Source: Halodesulfurarchaeum sp. (GTDB lineage: Archaea; Halobacteriota; Halobacteria; Halobacteriales; Halobacteriaceae). Taken from it: a stretch of 64,000 bases of DNA. Numbering within the stretch: position 1 is the first letter of the stretch; every line of letters starts with the position of its first letter. The notes below the pieces were generated by a model, which ran no database searches, was not told the DNA's origin, and worked only from the letters and a program-made list of their open reading frames with translations. The DNA is taken from contig JAXHNL010000002.1 in the NCBI GenBank assembly GCA_034520565.1, positions 160,001 through 224,000 on the forward strand. The letters are read 5' to 3'. The position numbers and the translations under genes are program-made. Positions 30,682 to 40,557 of the stretch are shown in pieces.

Positions 30682-31590
30682 TTACCGGAAAATCTTGAAC
30701 AGCGGGTGATCGGTGTCCGCGCGGCGACCTTCGCCCATCTGGGCGCCGTAGGCGACGTAGGCGTCGGCGGTGGACATGACCTCGAACATCTCGGCGGCGC
30801 CGTGGACCGGACCGTAGATGTTGAAGTCCGCACCCAGTATCGCGATGACGGAGTTCGCGACGGCCTGGCGGAGCTGCCGTGAGTTCTCCGTGAGCGGGTC
30901 GTTCATCTCCCACTGGATGACCTCGTTGTGGGGCGCACACCCCATCGGGATTCCGTACTCCTTCTTGAGTTCGTGAATGATCTTCGCTACGTAGCCCGAG
31001 TCGGGGATGTCGATGACGCCGGGGTCGACGATCGGCTGGTCGATCCCGGCCTCCTCGGCCACCTCGAGGTTGGCGTCGAGGGCGTTCCGGCGACCGTCGA
31101 TTGACATGTCCGTCGTGTCGATCGAAAGAAGGACCGCCGAGTTGATACCTGACTCCTGAATCGCCTCGATCTCCTCGTCGACTTGCTTGGTGGAGGACTC
31201 GATCGAATTGTAGATGATCTGGTCCTCGATGCCGATTTCGCCGGCGAACTTCGCGGCTTCGGATCGGATCGAGGGGGTCGGCCCGTCCATGAAGATCGGG
31301 GCGTCGGTCGCGTCGGCCATGAACTCGATGTGTTTTTTCAGGGCCTCGGGTGAGTCACCGATGGTGTCGAAGGCCGGTGGGTTCCCGGTCTGCTCGGCCA
31401 CTTCTTCGACCTTCTCGACCGCCTCCATTGCGGCCTCCTCGTCGAACTCGCCGGTCTTCGGGTCGACCTGAACGTCGTCTCCCTTGTAGAAGATGCTCCC
31501 GACCATGAGCGTGGGCGTTTCCCCCGGTTGCCCACCGATCTTCGTGCCGTTGATCTCGTATACGTCTTGCTCCGCCTCGAAGGTGAACAT
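30682..31590 (-). CDS. MtrH-family methyltransferase (MtgA-like methylcorrinoid:pterin methyltransferase)
   Basis: MFTFEAEQDVYEINGTKIGGQPGETPTLMVGSIFYKG, IIYNSI, GCAPHN and GADFNIYGP. No other mtr subunits in the window. Confidence 0.88.
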   Translation of the reverse strand: MFTFEAEQDVYEINGTKIGGQPGETPTLMVGSIFYKGDDVQVDPKTGEFDEEAAMEAVEKVEEVAEQTGNPPAFDTIGDSPEALKKHIEFMADATDAPIFMDGPTPSIRSEAAKFAGEIGIEDQIIYNSIESSTKQVDEEIEAIQESGINSAVLLSIDTTDMSIDGRRNALDANLEVAEEAGIDQPIVDPGVIDIPDSGYVAKIIHELKKEYGIPMGCAPHNEVIQWEMNDPLTENSRQLRQAVANSVIAILGADFNIYGPVHGAAEMFEVMSTADAYVAYGAQMGEGRRADTDHPLFKIFR

Positions 31591-31697
31591 CGCTAGGAAT
31601 TCGACTACGAGCCAAGTTAATTCTTCTCAATTTCGTTCGGGTTTCAGGCCGTCAGCCTGCAAATCTTACCGGATACTGGCGGTCTGGTCCGGGCTGG

Positions 31698-32534
31698 TTA
31701 GACGTACTGCTTCCGCCACGCCTCGGTGTCCCCGGCCTGGTTGAACGTGTAGAGGTGGACGGCCTCGATCCCGTAGTCGCCGGTCTCGTAGTACCCTCCA
31801 ATCCCCTCGATGAAATCATCCGGGGCGTACTGGCCCCGGGAGCCGATGAACTGTTTGACGAAGTCGAGAATCCCCGTCGTCTTGCGGAGGTAATTGAGCG
31901 AGTCGCCCACGCCGATTTCTCGAGAGATCTTCAGGAGTCGCTGGTACTTCATGACACCCGGCACGCCGACGATGATCGGCAGAGAGACATCGGCTTCCTC
32001 GCGGATCTCCGTTGCCCACTCGGCGACAGCGTCCGGGTCGAAGGTCATCTGGGTAACGATGTAATCGGCGTAGGGCTCCTTTTTCACGAGGTGTTCTCTG
32101 AGGGTGTCGTCGTCGATGAACTGGTGACCCTCCGGATAGCCCGTAATGCCCACCCGTTCGAACTCGGTTCCGATCTCTTCGTCGAGATCGGTGAGCAACG
32201 CGTAGGCGGAATCGTATGGGCCCTCGGGTTCCTCGTTGTCACCACCCGGAACGAAAATGTCCTCGATCCCGGCCCCCTTGAGCCGGTCGGTGAGTTCCTC
32301 GAGGTGGTCCTCGCTCCGCACCGCGCGGGCGGCCACGTGTGTCGATACCTCGAAACCCATCTCGGCGAGTTCGATCGACCGGTCGATCGTCTCATCGACG
32401 CCTTTGTCCGGAGAGGCGGTCAACGCGACCGTCGAGCCATCGGGAAGCTGTTTGGCCTCCTCGTACAGTCCCGAAAAGGGCAACAGTTCGTAATGCGGTT
32501 CGGTCAGTAGTTCGCGGACGCCGTCCCGTGTCAT
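31698..32534 (-). CDS. metF: Methylenetetrahydrofolate reductase
   Basis: THVAARAV, IFVPGGD, GITGYPEGH and IVTQMTFD. Confidence 0.85.
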   Translation of the reverse strand: MTRDGVRELLTEPHYELLPFSGLYEEAKQLPDGSTVALTASPDKGVDETIDRSIELAEMGFEVSTHVAARAVRSEDHLEELTDRLKGAGIEDIFVPGGDNEEPEGPYDSAYALLTDLDEEIGTEFERVGITGYPEGHQFIDDDTLREHLVKKEPYADYIVTQMTFDPDAVAEWATEIREEADVSLPIIVGVPGVMKYQRLLKISREIGVGDSLNYLRKTTGILDFVKQFIGSRGQYAPDDFIEGIGGYYETGDYGIEAVHLYTFNQAGDTEAWRKQYV

Positions 32535-32686
32535 GTGTGCTAGTTCTACCCGTGTCGAGGGTTTTACTCTTTGCCAAGCCGAAATTTAGGGGGCATTTAC
32601 GGGACGGTGACGAGTCGGTCTAGAAAACCTCAAGGTGGGTTCCCGGGTAGTATACAGACGGCACGGACTCCGTGTTCGATCGACCA

Positions 32687-33562
32687 ATGGCATACATTAT
32701 TGACGGCAACGAACTCGCGGACTCGATTCGCACAGACCTCGAAGACAGCGTACAGACCCTCGACGACGAGGGCGTTACCCCAGGTCTCGCCACCGTCCTG
32801 ATGAGCGACGACCCGGCCAGTGAGACCTACGTCTCGATGAAACAGAAGGCCTGTGAGGAGATCGGCATGGAGAGTTTCCACGTCGAGATCGACCCGGAGG
32901 CTCCCGCCGAGGAACTCTATGACACCATCGACGACCTCAACGCGGACCCGGAGGTTCACGGCATCCTCGTCCAGTTGCCGGTTCCGGACCAGGTCGATGA
33001 GAGCAAGGTCCTCGAGCAGATCGACCCGATGAAGGACGTGGACGGCTTCCATCCGACGAACGTCGGACTCATGGTGTCCGGAAACGCGCGGTTCAAGCCC
33101 TGTACGCCCCACGGCGTCCTCAAGATGATCGAGGACGCAGGCGTCGACACCGAGGGCAAGGACGTCACCGTCGTCGGCCGCTCGAACATCGTCGGCAAGC
33201 CGGTCGCAAACCTGCTCATGCAGAAGACGGAGTACGGCAACGCGACCGTGACGGTCTGTCATTCACGCACGGAGGACCTCGCGGAGAAGACCCGCAACGC
33301 CGACATCGTGATCGCGGCCGCCGGCGTCCCGGAGATGATCGACGGCTCGATGCTTTCGGAGGGCCAGACGGTCATCGACGTCGGCACCAACCGCGTCGAC
33401 GGCGAACTGGTCGGTGACGTCGACTTCGAGTCCGCAAAGGACGTCGTCGACGCCATCAGCCCGGTTCCGGGTGGCGTCGGCCCGATGACGATCACGATGC
33501 TCCTCTACAACACGGTCAAGGCCGCGAGCCTGCAGCACGACATCGACGTCGAACTGCCGTAG
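32687..33562 (+). CDS. folD: Methylene-THF dehydrogenase/methenyl-THF cyclohydrolase
   Basis: YVSMKQKAC, GILVQLP, KDVDGFHP, PCTPHG, GRSNIVGKP and PVPGGVGPMT. Confidence 0.97.
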   Translation: MAYIIDGNELADSIRTDLEDSVQTLDDEGVTPGLATVLMSDDPASETYVSMKQKACEEIGMESFHVEIDPEAPAEELYDTIDDLNADPEVHGILVQLPVPDQVDESKVLEQIDPMKDVDGFHPTNVGLMVSGNARFKPCTPHGVLKMIEDAGVDTEGKDVTVVGRSNIVGKPVANLLMQKTEYGNATVTVCHSRTEDLAEKTRNADIVIAAAGVPEMIDGSMLSEGQTVIDVGTNRVDGELVGDVDFESAKDVVDAISPVPGGVGPMTITMLLYNTVKAASLQHDIDVELP

Positions 33563-33695
33563 GCACGATCGGTCTTTTCGCTGTTCTTCGGTCGGCACCC
33601 TGACCAGCGACCGCTCTCTCGGTGGCCAGCAAATCGCGTTTTCTCGAGTGGAACGACGATCCAAGAGAAAAACGAAAAATCCCGAGGTACTGTCG

Positions 33696-34664
33696 CTACT
33701 CTTTGGCGGCCGTGATGGCCTCGGTCAGTTCGGGAACGACCTCGTGGAGGTCGCCCACGATGGCGTAATCGCCCTTGTACATGATCGCCGCCTCGGAGTC
33801 GGTGTTGATAGCGAGGACGTTCTCCGCGCCCTTCGCACCGACCCAGTGCTGGACGGCGCCGCTGATGCCAGCGGCGATGTACAGGTCCGGCGAAATCTTC
33901 TGCCCGGTCTGTCCGATCTGGTCGTCGTGGGGACGCCACCCCTCGTCGACCGCAATGCGGGTCGCCCCGACGGCCGCGCCCTCGAAGACATCGGCCAGCG
34001 CTTCGATCTGGCCGAATTCCTCTTCGCCGCCGACGCCGCGGCCACCACCGACGACGATGCGGGCTTCCGGAAGCGGAACGCCTTCGACGTCGGCCTCCTC
34101 GGTCCGGTCGACTTTGACCTCGAAGGATGAATCGTCGACGTCCGGCTCGATCATCTCGACGACCGCTTCGGCGTCGCCGACGGCCTCGATCGGGAGTTCG
34201 TGATCCGGCGTCGAGAACACCTTCGTCTCGCCGTCCATCGTCGCGTGCTCGAGCAGGCTGCCACCCCAGCGGTGGCGGGTGAGTTCACAGGTTTCGCCGT
34301 CGGTCTCGATCTCGATGGTGTTCGCCGCCATCGCGTAGTCCCGCTTCGCACTGAGGTGTGCAAGCACCTCGTTTGCGGTATCGGTCCCGCCGCCGATGAC
34401 GGCCGACGGTCCGAGATCGTCGATCAGGTCGCCGAGCGCGTCCGCGCGGGCTTCCGGCGCGTAGGTCTCTGCCAACTCGCCCGTACAGACGTAGGCGGTG
34501 TCGACGCCGTATTCGCCGAGTCCGGCCGCGAGGGCTTCGCCGCCGAACATCGCAGCGGTCACGTCCTCGCCGACCTGTTCGGCCAGATCGCGGGCGAGAG
34601 TGAGCATCTCGAGGGACGTCTCGAGGATTTCGCCCTCTTTGTGTTCGATGAGTGTCAGCACCAT
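33696..34664 (-). CDS. etfA: Electron transfer flavoprotein alpha subunit
   Basis: VGGGRGVG, QIGQTGQKISPDLYIAAGISGAVQH and AINTD. Confidence 0.93.
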   Translation of the reverse strand: MVLTLIEHKEGEILETSLEMLTLARDLAEQVGEDVTAAMFGGEALAAGLGEYGVDTAYVCTGELAETYAPEARADALGDLIDDLGPSAVIGGGTDTANEVLAHLSAKRDYAMAANTIEIETDGETCELTRHRWGGSLLEHATMDGETKVFSTPDHELPIEAVGDAEAVVEMIEPDVDDSSFEVKVDRTEEADVEGVPLPEARIVVGGGRGVGGEEEFGQIEALADVFEGAAVGATRIAVDEGWRPHDDQIGQTGQKISPDLYIAAGISGAVQHWVGAKGAENVLAINTDSEAAIMYKGDYAIVGDLHEVVPELTEAITAAKE

Positions 34665-34665
34665 C

Positions 34666-35415
34666 TTAGAGCACCTCCAGTTCCTCGAGGACTTCGACGG
34701 CACGATCCACCGCCTCGGGGCCTTCGCCGAGGACTTCTGCCTCCTCGTCCTCCGACTCGGGCGTCTCGAGTTCCTGCATCTGCAGGCGGTCCGCGGTCTC
34801 GACCGGCTCGATGACTTCCAGTTCCGTCTTCTTGGCCTGCATCCGGCTCCGCATCGACGGGTAGCGCGGCGTGTTCAGGCCCTCCTTGACGGTGATAACT
34901 GCGGGCGTTTCGACTTCGAAGACTTCCGAGCCGCCGGGGACGTCGCGCTTGGCGATGGCCGTGTCCCCGTCGACTTCGAAGTCCTTGATGCCGGTGACGA
35001 CCGGGAGATCGAGCAGGTGGGCAACGCGAATGCCGACCTGATAGTTCGCGTTGTCTCCGGACTCGTTGCCGAAGAAGAGGAGATCGAAGTCCCGGTCCTC
35101 GACGGCGTCGGCGATGGCGGTGGCCGTCGACTCCGGCCCCCACTCTTCGCCGTCGGTTTCGAGGAGCATCCCCTCGTCGGCACCGCGGCCGATTCCTTCG
35201 TAAATCTGGTCCTCTATGTCCTCGGGGCCGAGACTCAGCACGGTCGACGTGCCGCCCTCCTCCTCGACTGTCTGGACGGCCTCCTCGATCGCACATTCCT
35301 CGTGTGGGCCCATCGTATACCCCACGGCGGAGGCGTCGACCGACTGTTTGTCGTCGGTCAGGACGATCTCTGCCCCGGTATCCGCGACGCGCTTGATACA
35401 GGCTAATGTTTCCAT
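34666..35415 (-). CDS. etfB: Electron transfer flavoprotein beta subunit
   Basis: CIKRVAD, ECAIEEAVQ, GNESGD..YQVG and NTPRYPS. Confidence 0.93.
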   Translation of the reverse strand: METLACIKRVADTGAEIVLTDDKQSVDASAVGYTMGPHEECAIEEAVQTVEEEGGTSTVLSLGPEDIEDQIYEGIGRGADEGMLLETDGEEWGPESTATAIADAVEDRDFDLLFFGNESGDNANYQVGIRVAHLLDLPVVTGIKDFEVDGDTAIAKRDVPGGSEVFEVETPAVITVKEGLNTPRYPSMRSRMQAKKTELEVIEPVETADRLQMQELETPESEDEEAEVLGEGPEAVDRAVEVLEELEVL

Positions 35416-35500
35416 AGTTGTGATAACGTGTAGTTAGTGACCGGTGGATGGCCCCGGACGCCCGAAAGGCGGACCCAGGAAAACTGACCGGTCAGTCAGT

Positions 35501-38035
35501 TTAGCTCAGGATCCGCTCGTTGCTCGGGTCGAACAGCGGGCGGCCGCCGACGACTTCGATCGTGACCGGATAGTCCTTCCCGAAGTACTCGACTTGCAGC
35601 TGCTTGCCCTCCTCGGCGACGTCCATCGGAATGTACGCCATCAGGATGTGCTTGCCGACGGAGGGGCCCGTCGCGGCGCTCGTGACGTAGGACCGGCGGC
35701 CCTCGTCGTCCATGAGCACCTCGCCGTCCATGTCTTTGACCGGCTCGCCACCGAGCGGGTAGCGTTCCTCGCCACCGTTCGGGGCGTGGTCGTCGACGGT
35801 CAGCATGCAGAGCTTGGCTGCGGGCTCTCCTTCGACCGCTTCCACGTAGGCGTCCTTGCCGATGAAGTCGGCGTCCTTGACGCCGTGGAAGTCGAGACCG
35901 GCCTCGACCGGGTTGTAATCGGTCTCAAGTTCGGCACCGAGCAGGCGGTAGCCCTTCTCCATGCGGCCGGTGGCACCGTAGACACCGGTCCCGACCGGAC
36001 GGAGATCGTACTCCTGACCGGCCTCGTAGATGGTGTCCCACAGACGACCGGTCTGCTCCATCGGCGCGTAGATCTCCCAGCCGAGTTCGCCGACGTAGGA
36101 GATACGCATCGCGAAGGCCTCGACGTCACCGATGTGGACCTGCTGTCCGGTGTAGGCCGGGAAGGCCTCGTCGGACATGTCCTCCTCGGTGATCTCCTGC
36201 ATGACCTTCCGGGCGTTCGGCCCCCAGACGCCCATCGTGCCCAGCGCGGAGCTCTTGGAGACGAGCTCGACTTGCATGTCGTCTTCCATGTGCTGGCGGA
36301 TCCACTGCTTGTCGTGGCCGGCGTCCCCGCCGCCGGTGATGAACCGGAAGCGGTCCTCGGCCAGTCGCACGACAGTCAGGTCAGCACGGAAGCCCGCTCC
36401 CTGGTCGAGAACCGGCGTGTAGACCAGTTTGCCAATGTCGACGTCCATCCGGCCGACGGTGAGCTTCTCGGCCATCTCGAGGGCGTCAGGGCCCTGGAGT
36501 TCGTAGATCCCGAAGCCCATGTCGCCGATCAGGCCGACGTTGTCCCGCATGTGCAGGTGCTCGGCCAGGATGATCGGTGACCACCAGCGGCGGTCCCATT
36601 CGTTCGGTCGGGAGAACTCGCTGATCGTCTCCTGGTACTTCTGGATCAGGTCCGCGTTGTCGCGGAACCAACGGGGTCGCTCCCAGCCGGCGGCCTCGAA
36701 GAACATCGGATCGAACTCCTCGAGGCGGTCGTGGAAGCCGGTCTGGCGGAGCGGCCGACCGGACATCCACTGCTCGGATGGGTGAATCGTACCGTAAATC
36801 TTGCGGAACCCTTCCTTCGAGCGCTCCTCGATGTAGCTCTTCGAGCGGCCGTATTCCTCGTAGCGGGCGATGTTCTCGCCCTCGAGGTCCACGTCGATTG
36901 CGCCGTAGCCTTGGGTCATCCACTTGGCCACTTCCTCGGCCAGCGCGGGTGCCTCCTTGATCCAGATGGCAGCGACCGACCACAGGTTGTCGAGTTCTTC
37001 GACCGGACCGATGACCGGCCCACCGTCGGCGGTCAGGGAGAGCAGGCCGTCGATCGAGTGCCGGATCCCCGCGTCGGGGTCGTCGAGGATCTCGGGCATG
37101 AGCTCGAGCGCGTGCTCCATGGACTCCTCGAAGGCGTCCTCGGTGAGCGGTGGCTGGGTCGGCGAGAGCGGCGCCTCGTCGATGGACGGAATGTCCTCGA
37201 CGTCCCACAGGATCGGGCGGTGGGAGTAGGAGCCGACCTCGATCTCGCTGCCGTGCTGGCGCTCGTACATCCGGTGGTCCATGTCCCGGACGATCGGGTA
37301 CTCGATGCCCTCGATGCCCTCGAACTGCTCGATCGGGCCCACGCTGATCATCTGGTGGACGGCCGGCGTGAGCGGGATGCGCGTGCCAGCCATCTCGGCC
37401 AGTTCGGGACTCCAGATCCCGGCGGCGATGACCAGGGTATCATCGACCTCGACGTTCCCGCGGTCGGTCTCGATGGCCGTGACTTCCTCGCCCTCGGTGA
37501 GAATGTCCGTCACTTCCGTGTTCGGGGAGACCGTCAGCGCGCCCATGTCCTTGGCGCGCTGGCGGCAGATCTCACCCCACTGAAGTGAGTCACACACACC
37601 GGCGTCGTCGAAGTAAACGGCGCCTTCGATGATGTCCTCGTTGATGTAGGGCACCATCTCTTTGACTTCGTCGGCGTCCAGCATTTCGGCGTGGCCACCG
37701 AAGGACTTCGACGACTGGACTCGCCGCCTGTTCTCCTCCATCTGCTCTTTCGTTCGAGCGACTTCCAGGCCACCGGACTCGGTGTAGACGCCGGCTTCCT
37801 TGTACTGCTCGATGGACTTGTATCCGAGCTCGGTGATCGCCTTGCCATGTGTCACCGGCATCAGGAAGTTCGACGCGTGGCCGGTCGATCCGCCGGGGTC
37901 CGGGAGGGGACCCTTGTCGACGAGAAGGATGTCTTCGACTCCCTGATCGGCGAGATGATATGCGAGACTGTTCCCCACGATACCGGCGCCGATAATTACT
38001 GTACCGGCGCTGTCGGGTAGTGTGTTTGAACTCAT
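35501..38035 (-). CDS. GcvT-family flavoprotein, dimethylglycine/sarcosine dehydrogenase-like
   Basis: IIGAGIVG, GSTGHAS (the His corresponds to the covalent FAD site), GWERP, RISYVGELGWEIY and RMEKGYR. 844 aa with FAD and folate-binding domains. Confidence 0.9.
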   Translation of the reverse strand: MSSNTLPDSAGTVIIGAGIVGNSLAYHLADQGVEDILLVDKGPLPDPGGSTGHASNFLMPVTHGKAITELGYKSIEQYKEAGVYTESGGLEVARTKEQMEENRRRVQSSKSFGGHAEMLDADEVKEMVPYINEDIIEGAVYFDDAGVCDSLQWGEICRQRAKDMGALTVSPNTEVTDILTEGEEVTAIETDRGNVEVDDTLVIAAGIWSPELAEMAGTRIPLTPAVHQMISVGPIEQFEGIEGIEYPIVRDMDHRMYERQHGSEIEVGSYSHRPILWDVEDIPSIDEAPLSPTQPPLTEDAFEESMEHALELMPEILDDPDAGIRHSIDGLLSLTADGGPVIGPVEELDNLWSVAAIWIKEAPALAEEVAKWMTQGYGAIDVDLEGENIARYEEYGRSKSYIEERSKEGFRKIYGTIHPSEQWMSGRPLRQTGFHDRLEEFDPMFFEAAGWERPRWFRDNADLIQKYQETISEFSRPNEWDRRWWSPIILAEHLHMRDNVGLIGDMGFGIYELQGPDALEMAEKLTVGRMDVDIGKLVYTPVLDQGAGFRADLTVVRLAEDRFRFITGGGDAGHDKQWIRQHMEDDMQVELVSKSSALGTMGVWGPNARKVMQEITEEDMSDEAFPAYTGQQVHIGDVEAFAMRISYVGELGWEIYAPMEQTGRLWDTIYEAGQEYDLRPVGTGVYGATGRMEKGYRLLGAELETDYNPVEAGLDFHGVKDADFIGKDAYVEAVEGEPAAKLCMLTVDDHAPNGGEERYPLGGEPVKDMDGEVLMDDEGRRSYVTSAATGPSVGKHILMAYIPMDVAEEGKQLQVEYFGKDYPVTIEVVGGRPLFDPSNERILS

Positions 38036-38580
38036 TTATTGTACCTCGGGACTGTCCACGTGCGATCTCCATGGTGCGGCGATCGGGAGGATCGTCGCAG
38101 GGTGTGAACCGGCCCCACATTCGTTTGTCTAGTCGGTTTTGCACATATAACTAACGAAGTGCGTGATAAACCATGTATAAAAGCATCGTGCCATCAAATA
38201 GAGGATAGCGTTTCACGTTATAGAAAACCGAAAGGCGGCGACGGCCCAAAGAAGTCGGGGAACCGATATGTCCTCGCCTCGGCGACAGGCCAACTCCAGT
38301 GTCGCGGTCGGAGTTTCGCATGGTAGCGTGTGACAATCTCCAAAAGTATCAGTTCGAAAGAATAGTAAATCAGGCACGATCGCCGGGAATCGGAACCACG
38401 GGATTGGAGCCGATCGAACTCGAATCGATTCCCTGGGACACGAACGGTACGCGGGTATCGAGTCGACTCCCTCGCTGTGTGACGATGGCGAGGGACTGGC
38501 CGAAACCGGTGGACTTCTCAACCCGTCCCCCGTACCGATCATTCGTGACCGGCGAGTCAGTTCCGCCCCGTCGAACGGCG

Positions 38581-40314
38581 ATGCTCGAAGTTGACCTCAC
38601 CGAGCGGACGGTCCGTCGCGAGGAGATTCCGGTGGCGTGGCGGCAGCAGTTCATCGGCGGGAAAGGACTCGGGGCCCGATACCTCTACGAGCGGACCGAA
38701 GCGGGGGTCGACCCGCTCGGTCCAGGAAACGCCCTCCTGTTCATGACCGGGCCGATCTCGGGAGTGATCCCTGGTGAACCCCGCTATGCGGCGATCACGA
38801 AGTCGCCACTCACCGGCACGTTTCTCGACTCCTACAGCGGCGGTGACTTTGCCGCCCACCTGGCGGGGAGCCTCGCCGACACAATGGGCATCATCGTCAC
38901 CGGGCAGGCGTCAGAACCGGTGGCGCTGGTCGTCTCGAACGGTGACGTGTCGATCGAGTCCGCGACCGAATGGGGCGAGGACGTCGAGACGGCCTGTGGG
39001 GCCTATCCGGACGCCAAAGTCGCGTGTACGGGCCCGGCCGGCGAAAACGAGGTGGTCTACGCCACGATCGCCTCGGACGGCGGCGACCATCACGCGGGTC
39101 GTGGGGGCGCGGGCGCGGTCATGGGTTCAAAGCGGCTCAAGGCCGTCGTCGCGAGAGACCCACCGCCAGAGGGACTGGAATCGCTCAGAGCCGAGTACGA
39201 GGAGCGGTACGGCGACGGGGCGACCGACGGCTGGCACCGGGCCAGTGAAACCGTCGAATCGGTCGACTTCGCTGACGAGGTCGGGGCCCTCTCGACACGC
39301 GGCTGGCAGGAGAGCACCTTCGAGGGCACCGACAGCATCGGAATCGAAGCCGTCGAGTCCGCAGCGGACGCGCGCGAACACGAGGACAGTCCCATCCCGG
39401 GCGGGTTCCAGGTCGAGGTCGGCGACGAGACGAGCACGCCCCGCGGCGGGACCCAGATGACCCTCGGTGCCGGGCTGGGAATCGACGACTTCGAGGACGT
39501 GGCGACCCTCGGGCTCACCTGCGATCGGCTGGGCGTGGACATCATCGGCGTGGGCAACGCGATCGCGTGGGCGATCAGAGCCGGCACGGAAGGCGTGATC
39601 GACTTCGAGGGAGAGTTCGGCGACCTCGCAGCCGCCGTTTCACTCGCCGAGGACATCGCAAACCGGGACGGCGAACTCGGAGACGCGCTCGCGGACGGGA
39701 TCGACAACGCGGCCGCCCGTTTCGGGGGCGAAGACCTGATCCCGACCGTCAAGGGCATGGAACTGCCCTCGTATGACCCGCGCCGGGCACCGAGCATGGC
39801 GCTCGCGTACGCGACGAGTGACCGGGGCGCCTGCCACCGACGGGCGCGACCGATCGAGACGGCCGTCTTCGAGCCGGACACGGACGAGCCCGTGCGTCGC
39901 GCCCGCGAGGTCATCGCCGAACAGGACTTCCGGTCGTTGCTCTGGAGTCTCATCGCCGACGACTTCACGGAGACCCTCTTCGCGGGCGATTTCGGCTCGG
40001 AGTGGCTCGGGGCGGTCGGCATCGATCTCTCGCCGGCGGAGCTCAGGCGGGCCGGCACCCGTATCTGGACGATGACCCGACTGTACAACGTCCGCGAGGG
40101 GTTCGACCGAGCGGACGACGAGTTACCGCCGGTCCTCGAAGAACCCGTTTCCGACGGTCCGGGGGCGGGTGAGGCAGTCTCGATGGAGTCCTTCGAGGCG
40201 ATGCGCGAGGCCTATTACGCCGAACGCGGCTGGGACGAGCGGGGTGTCCCGACGGCCGATCTACTCGAGGGCCTCGGGCTCGACGGCATCGACGTGCCCG
40301 CCGAAATCGACTGA
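38581..40314 (+). CDS. Aldehyde:ferredoxin oxidoreductase-family protein (atypical)
   Basis: FIGGKGLG, KSPLTG, GPAGEN, GRGGAGAVMGSKRLKA, VKGMELPSYDPR, DRGACH and YYAERGWD. The start may be slightly further upstream. Confidence 0.85.
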   Translation: MLEVDLTERTVRREEIPVAWRQQFIGGKGLGARYLYERTEAGVDPLGPGNALLFMTGPISGVIPGEPRYAAITKSPLTGTFLDSYSGGDFAAHLAGSLADTMGIIVTGQASEPVALVVSNGDVSIESATEWGEDVETACGAYPDAKVACTGPAGENEVVYATIASDGGDHHAGRGGAGAVMGSKRLKAVVARDPPPEGLESLRAEYEERYGDGATDGWHRASETVESVDFADEVGALSTRGWQESTFEGTDSIGIEAVESAADAREHEDSPIPGGFQVEVGDETSTPRGGTQMTLGAGLGIDDFEDVATLGLTCDRLGVDIIGVGNAIAWAIRAGTEGVIDFEGEFGDLAAAVSLAEDIANRDGELGDALADGIDNAAARFGGEDLIPTVKGMELPSYDPRRAPSMALAYATSDRGACHRRARPIETAVFEPDTDEPVRRAREVIAEQDFRSLLWSLIADDFTETLFAGDFGSEWLGAVGIDLSPAELRRAGTRIWTMTRLYNVREGFDRADDELPPVLEEPVSDGPGAGEAVSMESFEAMREAYYAERGWDERGVPTADLLEGLGLDGIDVPAEID

Positions 40315-40557
40315 ACCGTTCCCGGTCCCGTTACTCGTGGGAATCGAACGCCACGACACCCGTTCGGCAGGCCCCGTGATCCGGCCAACAAATTCAGTTT
40401 GTTTAATGAATGCTAGATTGTATAAACGACGTTCCAGTTGTATCCGAACAAAACCGCATGCAAGCGCCGGGGTCCATCGCGTCAATTATCGAAGGGTTCG
40501 ACCGGACTTTCAAAACCTTTATTCTTGCTACAGGGACCTATTTAGATAGGGATTCAC

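Noticed and set aside
30682-31590. Methanogenesis or an Mtr sodium-pump complex
   Set aside because: Only the H-like subunit is present. There are no mtrA-G or mcr genes, and the neighbouring C1 enzymes are THF type.
22412-33562. Complete Wood-Ljungdahl carbon fixation
   Set aside because: No CODH/ACS or corrinoid Fe-S protein genes in the window, only the methyl branch.
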